Assembly: GCA_965644295.1 (NCBI GenBank)
Contig: CBFFRP010000664.1
Span: 1-17,368 of the forward strand
Direction of reading: 5' to 3'
DNA from: Paraphysomonas bandaiensis
Lineage: Eukaryota; Protista; Chrysophyceae
DNA length: 17,368 nt
Part shown: piece by piece, positions 1 through 9,481 of the stretch
Numbering within the stretch: the first letter of the stretch is position 1
Layout: every line of letters begins with the position of its first letter
Notes under the pieces: model-generated
What the model saw: the letters and a program-made list of their open reading frames with translations, nothing else
The model's database searches: none
Told to the model about the DNA's origin: nothing
Program-made: the position numbers and the translations under genes

Positions 1-461
1 AAATTCAGTTTTCTCAATATCATAACAGCATCTACACATCACCATACTTCACTGTATTCTCGTACATTGTCTTCAAGTACCACATTGAATATACTAGGAT
101 ACAGTCCATATTCTAATATGCTTCAAGGAACTTATTTCGGTAGCTGGAATGGATAAATTATCAGTACGATATATATATCTCATAGTTGTATGTTGTATAT
201 TGTATATATATTTAATTAAGAGAAGTAGTACACATGTATAGAATACTGTAGAGCATGCTATACATAAAAGCAGAAAACAACATCAAAAATAGACTAGGTC
301 ATTTTTTCCGGATATATTGAACTTGTGTTGAGTTTTGCATTATGATGCAATATATTATATTGTGTGAGTTAATAGTGTGCAATAGGTGATATCAACTAAC
401 AGGTGTAACGGGTGAATAGAGTTTCAAAGGGAAGTAAGCTCAGTTACTCATTTACCAAGGC

Positions 462-1290
462 TACGTATATGAAAGTCTTATTATATTAGCAATAGGCTTC
501 AAAAATCAGCACCAGCTTAGTAGCTAGATAAATTAGTCAGGGGGCGTCCCTTGGGGTAGGGCTGTGCAGGACTTTGGGGATGCACAAGATTCTGGATTGG
601 AGAGTCGAGTGTTCCCAGCATGAGGTACATGGGCGAGGGGGTGGATTGGGGCTCTGACGTGCCTGGTGATGGCACGATTTAGACCTGGGGCAGAGGAATA
701 GCTTGCAGAGGCGGCGCCGTGGCGTTTCTACCTGTGCAAGGGTTGTGGGGGAGGTATATGTTTGGGGTGAGAGACTTAGTGCAGGTCTTATCGTTACACC
801 CTGTAAGCAAGAACCTGTAGTTTCTGTCGTTTGTTGCTATGTTTCTGACGTGCTCTGGGGGGAGGGTCTATGTGACCCTTTGGGTGTGGTAATGTAGCAG
901 CGGCTGCGGTCTTGAATCATTTGTTTGGATATAGTGTAAAGCGGCTGGAGAACATTTACAACTGCTATTTCGAGAGTTTAAATTACCATAGTATTCCGCG
1001 CCAAACACATTCTCCCTCTGGGCCTCAGTAATAGTTCCCGTCCAAAATCGCTCGACCTGCCGTATTGAAAGGTTCCAGGCTCTACTGGAGAGCCTCTTAA
1101 GAGTAACGGCACTCCATTTTGGGTGGGTTGGGTCTCGTTGTAATTCCCGGAGTCTCTCCTTGTATCTCTGAAAGGCGGATTCTCGTATCTTGGGATGAAG
1201 TCGTGTGGACAATCGAGACACATGTGTTCGAGAGAGTTAAGTCGAAAACCACAAACGGAGCATGTTACTTTGTTCAGGTCTCGAGGCCAT
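462..1290 (-). mobile_element. Degenerate, 5'-truncated 3' end of a non-LTR retrotransposon (LINE-like ORF2 C-terminus plus 3' UTR)
   Basis: Minus strand 1262-1209 encodes CSVCGFRLNSLEHMCLDC (C-x2-C-x8-H-x4-C, the CCHC knuckle typical of LINE ORF2 C-termini). After a frameshift at ~1200 the 868..1221 frame continues past stops at 868-870 and 679-681 to PYPKGRP; adding one C gives RPPD* ending at 533. The downstream motif 470-514 is shared with 9497-9540. Boundaries are approximate. Confidence 0.6.
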
Positions 1291-1524
1291 GTTTGATATA
1301 TATATGTCAGAAAGTAGTAAAAAGTATTATAAATAATATTCTTCACACCAATATTAATATTATCTTCATAGATAGTTATTGTGCATATTAATACCCTTTT
1401 CCGACCAGCATCAAAACTTTCACCAGGATTCGGTATCATCTCGACTTCTAGCTAGTCGTTTTATTTACAGAATGATGACTGCTCTAGAAGTATAGTTATT
1501 GAGTATATTGTGCTATTTAGAAAC

Positions 1525-1820
1525 CAGGGCTGCGTATCAATTAAGTGTCAATAATAATTATTGAAATTGCATTAATTGAACAAAATACCATCTTTTTTTA
1601 CTAAAATGTTGTTAACATGTTATGACAGATTAGCGGGATTTATGATTCCTCGTCGTTTAGAAATACTTATGTTTTTCACATGAATCGTCGCCTTTGGAAG
1701 GAAATGACAGTTGAGGTAGCTATATATTGGCAGCTAATGTAGTTTAGTATTAAATAATTGGAATTATAATTGACTACAACCTGAGTCAACTAATTGACAA
1801 TTAATTGATAAGCATCCCTA
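1525..1820. mobile_element. hAT-like MITE (296 bp), old
   Basis: Left end CAGGGCTGCGTATCAATTAAGTGTCAATAA versus reverse complement of the right end TAGGGATGCTTATCAATTAATTGTCAATTA: 25/30 identical, with YAGGG termini as in hAT elements. AT-rich non-coding interior. No 8-bp TSD seen. Confidence 0.6.
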
Positions 1821-1915
1821 TCATTTATTGATGTGTGACTATTATATACATTGTAAGATATATAAGTTATAGAACTGGTGAACATATGGTAACTGTTGCT
1901 GAGAACAAATGCTCA

Positions 1916-2430
1916 TCAGATGTTACATGTATATATATGTTGTTGTGAAGTAGTGTTGATATATATAGTCAGCGGATAACGTTCTGCCCACGCATAGCCT
2001 AATGCTTGTGTGTGGAACAAGGGACACGAATTAGTTTCCCTTGTGTAGACGTCTTTGAGCCCAGACGAATAAACAGAATCCGGGAATGGGCCCACCTCAA
2101 TTACATCCGGGGCATTGGGCTGCCTGCTGAAGTCAAGCATCTGCATCTAACGCGTGATATATAAAAAAAAACATGGCATATTGCATACTGTGGGAATGAA
2201 TTCCAACTGTACCAGTGTACCGAGTTTTTTACATATAAAATCTCTGATTTTTTTTGACTGGGATACAGTAGACCTGCTAAAATCTGGAGCACCAATCCTA
2301 TATTTCGTCTATTTTCAGGCCTGTCTGAACGGTAAACTGTCACTTTTTTTTGAAGCGCTGCTCGTGAGGATAAAATTATGATTTGAAACGGAACTGAGTG
2401 CATACGTATAGCAATAGCGGCGGCATGATA
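1916..2430 (-). other. Possible small spliced gene or gene relic, divergent from the fibre gene
   Basis: ORF 1916..2146 is immediately preceded by a plausible GTATGC...TTAG intron that joins in frame to an open upstream segment (IGAPDFSRSTVSQSKKIRDFICKKLGTLVQLEFIPT). No family recognised; 5' end unresolved. Confidence 0.25.
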
Positions 2431-2607
2431 CACGATGATGGCCTACAGCAGATCAGCTGCAATATTGTAACAACAGCATCGCCTAATCTGCATCACTAGT
2501 TTAGACTACTAAGTGACGGTAGTGACAGATGTATTAAAACACCCGTGTTATATATTGCATAAGAAGTGTGAGTTGTGTAATGCAGTAGTTGATTGAGATT
2601 AAGAATC

Positions 2608-5600
2608 ATGATTATGTATTCGTTATGTATAGTTTCCCTATTAATACACCAGGCACTTGCAGCTTGTCCTAATTTTTGCAGTGGGCATGGCAATTGTGGA
2701 GCAAACAATGTGTGTTCGTGCTTTAGTGGCTGGGATGGAGGCGCAGCTGATTGCTCATTAAGTGAGTGATATCTGTTTGTGTTGAGCACTTTTTATCTCT
2801 ACATGCTAATCCGTGTTTTACAGAGTCGTGCCCGTATGGTGTTGCATGGGCTGACAAAGCGTATGCCCTGGATTCTGCCCATCAGCAGGCAGAGTGTTCA
2901 AATGCTGGTATCTGTGATCGCACATCCGGTCTGTGCCAATGTTTTCAAGGTTTCACAGGAATAGCCTGTCAAAGGAGTACGTAGTAATATCACCATTACA
3001 CTAATTTAACCAGTGAATATTAGGCACATGTCCCAATAATTGTAATGGACGTGGTCTTTGTACTACTATCAGGGATATTTCTGTGTTTGAAGGGGTAGAT
3101 TATGACAGTAGTGTGGACTCCGCTGGAGATGGATTGGGGGTGGAATATACCAATTGGGATAAGCTCTCTCTCACTGTGTGTAATTGCGATTATGGCTATT
3201 TCGGCCCAGATTGCTCCCAAGGTTGTTGTCGTACATTTAGTTTGAACTTATACTCATGTATTATTTAGTTATGTGCCCGAAAGGAGATGATCCGGTGACA
3301 GATAACCAAGACTTTCGCGTTATTTTATTAACTGTTGATGGACCTGCGAATTTCGGTGGTGACCTTGGATTTACTTTCCAAGGGGAGAGGACACTATTAC
3401 CTATAGCTACAATGAGCGATGCCGCATGCGAATCATTACTCGAAGCTTCTGATAAATTTGCAGATGTAACGTGCGATTACACTGCAGTAAGCACTTCGCA
3501 GCACACATTTCGCATAACATTCAATTCGTGGCCGCTCACACCGAAGGAGAATAATCTGTACACACATAATGGCAATCCTGCGATTTCAGAGTTTACATGT
3601 GACATGACACGCATCGATGTATCTGGCGTCACCTGCACATTCACAGATGTGACAACCACGAATCTTGTTGGTATGGCCGCATTTAATTAACTGAATTCTT
3701 ATTAATACTCTGCACAGAGTATGAATATTGCAGTAATAGAGGAATTTGTGATTTCAATACCGGCGAGTGCTTATGTATGGATGGCTTCGGGGGTCCGGGG
3801 TGTGAAGTGAATACTTTTTCCTATACAGCGGCAACGAACTCATTGGTTGGATACCAGGTACAGCTACTACGTACAGCTCTCGGGGTTTATTATGAACTGA
3901 TTTGTTTTGTAGGTCAATGTGAACGGGGAGTCTTATACGTCCTCAGCATTTCAAATTAACGTTGCTAAGTCCGCGGCGCCGGATTTCAATATAATTGAGG
4001 GTTTGTCGAAAGGAAAGCAAGTGTTTTATGCTCGCGGAGACGGTGAGCTGAGTGCGCTCCGACTACGAATTACGCAAACTGGGGCTACTATTGTTGACGG
4101 TGGATTAGTAGTCGATGATGGAGGTGTAACGATATCAAACGATGGTGCTTACATATACAACGAAGAAGTTGCCGGACCAGTTATAAAAGTTGTTCCAACT
4201 AGTACAGTATATGCTGATAATGCCGTGGAAATATCTGGATCTGCAGTTAATCCGAGCAACTATTACTCAATACGCTCCGAAAACTCGAATGTTGCTAAGT
4301 TTACTGTCCGCGGAGACGGCTACACTCAGGTTCACGATAAAGGACTAGGTGTTACAGGAGGTGCAACAATTGATACTGGTGGTATGAAAGTGTCTGGTGG
4401 AGTGACCATAAAGACAGCAGGTCTTTACGTAACGGGCGGCACGACTGTTGCTGACAGAGGACTTACTGTTAGCCAGGGATTATCTATATATTCGGACGGC
4501 TTGCATGTAACCGGTGGCGCGACTATAAAAAGTGGCGGTTTAACTGTGGATGTAGACGGCTTTCTTGTATCGGCGGGAGGTGGAACCATTGCCACTGGAG
4601 GCTTCAAGGTGAATAACGGTGGCGGGACTATAGAATCCGGTGGATTAAAGGTCACGACTGGGGTCAGCGTACAAAGCGGTGGTCTCCGTGTAACTGGTGG
4701 TGCGACAATTCACGAAACTGGTTTTGTGGTAACAGCGGATGGTTTGACAGTGACGGCAGGTGGGATGAAGGTTGGTGACGGGTTGACTGTCGACAATGCT
4801 GGGCTTGTTGTAACAACGGATGGATTGACGGTATCAGGAAATGGGCTTAAGGTTGCTGATGGTGCTAGTGTAGTGAGTAGTGGTCTCCAAGTAACTGGTG
4901 GTGCGACAATTCACGAAACTGGTTTTGTGGTAACAGCGGATGGTTTAACAGTGACGGCAGGTGGGATGAAGGTTGGTGACGGGTTGACTGTCGACAGTGC
5001 TGGGCTTGTTGTAACAACGGATGGATTGACGGTATCAGGAAATGGGCTTAAGGTTGCTGATGGTGCTAGTGTAGTGAGTAGTGGTCTCCGTGTAACTGGG
5101 GGTGCGACAATTCACGAAACTGGTTTTGTGGTAACAGCGGATGGTTTAACAGTGACGGCAGGTGGGATGAAGGTTGGTGACGGGTTGACTGTCGACAGTG
5201 CTGGGCTTGTTGTAACAACGGATGGATTGACGGTATCAGGAAATGGGCTTAAGGTTGCTGATGGTGCTAGTGTAGTGAGTAGTGGTCTCCAAGTAACTGG
5301 TGGTGCGACAATTCACGAAACTGGTTTTGTGGTAACAGCGGATGGTTTAACAGTGACGGCAGGTGGGATGAAGGTTGGTGACGGGTTGACTGTCGACAGT
5401 GCTGGGCTTGTTGTAACAACGGATGGATTGACGGTATCAGGAAATGGGCTTAAGGTTGCTGATGGTGCTAGTGTAGTGAGTAGTGGTCTCCGAGTAACTG
5501 GTGGTGCGACAATTCACGAAACTGGTTTTGTGGTAACAGCGGATGGTTTAACAGTGACGGCAGGTGGGATGAAGGTTGGTGACGGGTTGACTGTCGACAG

Positions 5601-7833
5601 TGCTGGGCTTGTTGTAACAACGGATGGATTGACGGTATCAGGAAATGGGCTTAAGGTTGCTGATGGTGCTAGTGTAGTGAGTAGTGGTCTCCGAGTAACT
5701 GGTGGTGCGACAATTCACGAAACTGGTTTTGTGGTAACAGCGGATGGTTTAACAGTGACGGCAGGTGGGATGAAGGTTGGTGACGGGTTGACTGTCGACA
5801 GTGCTGGGCTTGTTGTAACAACGGATGGATTGACGGTATCAGGAAATGGGCTTAAGGTTGCTGATGGTGCTAGTGTAGTGAGTAGTGGTCTCCAAGTAAC
5901 TGGTGGTGCGACAATTCACGAAACTGGTTTTGTGGTAACAGCGGATGGTTTAACAGTGACGGCAGGTGGGATGAAGGTTGGTGACGGGTTGACTGTCGAC
6001 AGTGCTGGGCTTGTTGTAACAACGGATGGATTGACGGTATCAGGAAATGGGCTTAAGGTTGCTTATGGTGCTAGTGTAGTGAGTAGTGGTCTCCAAGTAA
6101 CTGGTGGTGCGACAATTCACGAAACTGGTTTTGTGGTAACAGCGGATGGTTTAACAGTGACGGCAGGTGGGATGAAGGTTGGTGACGGGTTGACTGTCGA
6201 CAGTGCTGGGCTTGTTGTAACAACGGATGGATTGACGGTATCAGGAAATGGGCTTAAGGTTGCTGATGGTGCTAGTGTAGTGAGTAGTGGTCTCCGAGTA
6301 ACTGGTGGTGCGACAATTCACGAAACTGGTTTTGTGGTAACAGCGGATGGTTTAACAGTGACGGCAGGTGGGATGAAGGTTGGTGACGGGTTGACTGTCG
6401 ACAGTGCTGGGCTTGTTGTAACAACGGATGGATTGACGGTATCAGGAAATGGGCTTAAGGTTGCTGATGGTGCTAGTGTAGTGAGTAGTGGTCTCCGAGT
6501 AACTGGTGGTGCGACAATTCACGAAACTGGTTTTGTGGTAACAGCGGATGGTTTAACAGTGACGGCAGGTGGGATGAAGGTTGGTGACGGGTTGACTGTC
6601 GACAGTGCTGGGCTTGTTGTAACAACGGATGGATTGACGGTATCAGGAAATGGGCTTAAGGTTGCTGATGGTGCTAGTGTAGTGAGTAGTGGTCTCCGAG
6701 TAACTGGTGGTGCGACAATTCACGAAACTGGTTTTGTGGTAACAGCGGATGGTTTAACAGTGACGGCAGGTGGGATGAAGGTTGGTGACGGGTTGACTGT
6801 CGACAGTGCTGGGCTTGTTGTAACAACGGATGGATTGACGGTATCAGGAAATGGGCTTAAGGTTGCTGATGGTGCTAGTGTAGTGAGTAGTGGTCTCCGA
6901 GTAACTGGTGGTGCGACAATTCACGAAACTGGTTTTGTGGTAACAGCGGATGGTTTAACAGTGACGGCAGGTGGGATGAAGGTTGGTGACGGGTTGACTG
7001 TCGACAGTGCTGGGCTTGTTGTAACAACGGATGGATTGACGGTATCAGGAAATGGGCTTAAGGTTGCTGATGGTGCTAGTGTAGTGAGTAGTGGTCTCCG
7101 TGTAACTGGTGGTGCGACAATTCACGAAACTGGTTTTGTGGTAACAGCGGATGGTTTAACAGTGACGGCAGGTGGGATGAAGGTTGGTGACGGGTTAACT
7201 GTCGTGAGTTCTGGTCTTAAGGTTGCAGATGGTTTTAGTGTTGGAAATGGTGGAATGAAAGTTGCTGGTGGGATGTCAGTTACTTCAAGCGGTTTGATTG
7301 TTGATGCTGGCGGAGTATCAATAAAGGCTAATGGCTTGAGGGTTTCGGATTCACTGTCTGTATATAACGCAGGCTTATTTGCCACAGGTGGTGTCAGTGT
7401 ATTTGGTGGAGTGAAGGTCACGACAGGGCTATCTGTGCTAAGTGGAGGGGTGTATATTACGAATGGACTTACTGTATATGGCAATATATATTTCAATTCT
7501 GTTCCCTCTACACCTTCTGATCGTCGTTTGAAATCAGAAATTACTCCAATTGGGGATTCATTTTCGAAAGTAATGAAGCTCCGTGGAGTGTACTACAAAT
7601 GGCAGAAGAAGGAGTCGTTCGATGTTCCTGATTTGGACAGACACATTGGCCTCATTGCCCAAGATGTTCAGGACGTTTTCCCTGATCTCGTTTCCACTAC
7701 ACACGGGGGAAAATATTTGGGTGTCAAGTATACTGAACTAATTCCTATACTTATTGAAGCGATACGTGAACTTGGTGAGCGTGTAACAGTATTGGAAGGT
7801 ACAGTTGCCGAATTGGCCAGTGATCAAAGGTAG
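2608..7833 (+). CDS. Secreted Sig1/mastigoneme-like EGF protein with a beta-repeat shaft and C-terminal Peptidase_S74 intramolecular chaperone (1655 aa). Exons 2608-2761, 2824-2976, 3024-3221, 3269-3670, 3718-3857, 3913-7833
   Basis: Five GT-AG introns (62, 47, 47, 47, 55 nt) join into one frame of 4968 nt. N-terminus MIMYSLCIVSLLIHQALA resembles a signal peptide. It is followed by CPNFCSGHGNC..., CPYGVAWAD...[64 protein letters not shown] and CSNRGICDFNTGECLCMDGFGGPGC (EGF/tenascin-like, Sig1/Ocm pattern). The C-terminus reads SDRRLK...LRGVYYKW...IGLIAQDVQDVFPDLV...GVKYTELIPILIEAIREL plus a short coiled coil. Confidence 0.9.
4681..7203 (+). repeat. Coding tandem repeat, 201-bp (67-aa) unit, 12 full copies plus a 111-bp partial
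   Basis: Units begin GGTCTCC at 4681, 4882, 5083 ... 6892, 7093. Unit: GL[R/Q]VTGGATIHETGFVVTADGLTVTAGGMKVGDGLTVDSAGLVVTTDGLTVSGNGLKVADGASVVSS. Very few variant positions. Confidence 0.98.
7516..7830 (+). other. Peptidase_S74 / intramolecular chaperone auto-processing (ICA) domain
   Basis: SDRRLK at 7516-7533 keeps the Ser and Lys of the S-D-x-R-x-K autocleavage motif. It is followed by GLIAQDV..VFP.LV and Y..LIPILIEAIREL, as in endosialidase/tail-fibre chaperones and MYRF. Confidence 0.9.
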
Positions 7834-8078
7834 ATATTACTTTTTACTTCAGAGTTAGGATAATTATGTTGTATTTAATTTCGAAATCATGAAATTGATA
7901 AAATGGTATTAATAGTGTATGGTGTTGAAATGTAGCTATGTTTATGTCTGACCTTGCATATGTTGATATCAGTTAGCCTTGACATGCAAACTGTGCTCCT
8001 GATGTTAACTTTTTAACAATATCTACTCTTTTAGCTACAATTTCTGCAGTGTTTTGTTGCATGTTTGTATGGCATACA

Positions 8079-8212
8079 GCAGTGCAGTATACCGAACTTA
8101 CGTTCTCCAATTTGTGTCAGAAAGTATGCAGCCAGAAACACTGAATATTACCAACAGATGATAACGAATCCACCTGCACGAGCGAGAGGAGGGAAAAAAT
8201 TTGGGGATGTAT
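8079..8212. repeat. 134-bp dispersed direct repeat, copy 1 (retroelement-like remnant)
   Basis: Aligns without gaps to 9901-10034 at offset 1822 with about 10 mismatches. Confidence 0.92.
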
Positions 8213-8280
8213 ATACCGTAGCGTCATAGTAACCATCATTTTATACCAGTTGAATATCATATCATAGGAGGTCTTCCAAC

Positions 8281-9421
8281 CAGGGCCAGTCAACAACATA
8301 TTGCCAGCAAAAAAAAAATTTTTCAAGCTTAATAATAATTACTAAATATGTTGTAATATGAGCTCGATCGGTAGTAACTAGTTAGTAGTTAGTAGAGATT
8401 AAAACATAATGATGGAAACCCAAGAACAATGCAGCAGCAGCGTTTCTTACATTTGCCACTTCGACGGCCCTATCCAGTAATTCAGCTTCTTCTACATTCG
8501 TCCAAAATCTCGCAACCACTGCTCTCTCCTGACGAGTAAGAGTATCGAAGGTAGGGTTCTGAACGATATCAGCATATATCTACGGAGAGGTGGGAAGCTG
8601 TGACAGGGAAAAAGATTCTATGATTTGCTTCGTTGAAATCACGCTCTGTATGTGCCACACCAAACTGCTACTTTTGTTGTCTCTTTGTTTAATATACTTA
8701 ATAATAGCTTTTAAAATATTTCTACATAAATAGTATATATAAAAAACCATAGCTTTCCCAAAATTTCGTAAAATTCCTACGTTTACAAAACAATGAAATC
8801 AGAGGAATGAATGATCAAAACACATCATGAGCAGAGATGGAGAATCACCCCACTGAACTATTCTGCCAAAGTAATAGCAAACAGTTTCTTCGCCTGTTCA
8901 CACATACATATATACATCATATTGTCCGTAATAAATATGAAAGAGATTACGGCTGAATAGTTTGGAATCGAATAAAATAGTATATTATAGTACTATAGTT
9001 TGGGCGGATATGGCAATCATTTTACTGGCACTTGCTTATTGACGGTTTAGACTGACATTCCATTTCAGGTTGTTATAAGGAAGACATATTATTTGTATGA
9101 GAATGACAGCATGGAGTTTACTATATATTTGGTGGATAGCTTGACAGAGACAGTACGAATTTTAATATTGAACATGAATAGCGTTCGTTGCAGGTAATTT
9201 TATCATAATTGTTAGATGTTATAATAGTAGATTAGCTCTGTTGTGATTATGAAGAGTAGTTATTGATAAATCTAGTATATTTACTAAGACACACTAGCAT
9301 GAGCAATATATACATATCAATAATAATTATATTGCAATATATTGCGAGGCCAAATCAATATAATAATAATATATTACTACAATCAAAATTGCAATCCATA
9401 TTATATTATTGACTGGCCCTG
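8281..9421. mobile_element. Non-autonomous hAT-superfamily DNA transposon (1141 bp) with intact TIRs and 8-bp TSD
   Basis: Perfect 13-bp TIR CAGGGCCAGTCAA (8281-8293) / TTGACTGGCCCTG (9409-9421), extending to 18/20. Identical flanking 8-mers CTTCCAAC at 8273-8280 and 9422-9429. AT-rich subterminal CAATA/TATTG motifs at 9300-9410. Confidence 0.9.
8430..8580 (-). pseudogene. Possible transposase C-terminal remnant inside the hAT element
   Basis: Reads IYADIVQNPTFDTLTRQERAVVARFWTNVEEAELLDRAVEVANVRNAAAA. From memory this resembles the 'A.IV.SP.FE...LT..E.AAV..F' segment of oomycete hAT-like transposases; not verified. Confidence 0.4.
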
Positions 9422-9481
9422 CTTCCAACAATACCGCTGCAATACGCTGCCATCAATAATCTAGCAGGATAAAGATAAACG

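Noticed and set aside
541-800. G-quadruplex-like G runs and ORF 703..897
   Set aside because: Better explained as the antisense of a Pro-rich decayed retroelement frame.
1305-1316. TGTCAGAAAGTA 12-mer shared with the 134-bp repeat
   Set aside because: The match does not extend; 12-mer matches are expected by chance in 17 kb of AT-rich DNA.
4681-7203. CRISPR-like array or satellite DNA
   Set aside because: There are no unique spacers; the unit is a multiple of 3 and stays in frame inside a protein-coding exon.
4425-7496. Antisense ORFs 4425..4655 and 7122..7496
   Set aside because: Shadows of the Gly/Val/Thr-rich sense frame.
3919-7833. Prophage or bacterial tail-fibre gene (contamination) starting at GTG 3919
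   Set aside because: It is preceded by a splice acceptor at 3912 and joins in frame to five eukaryotic exons. There are no other phage genes and the neighbours are eukaryotic.
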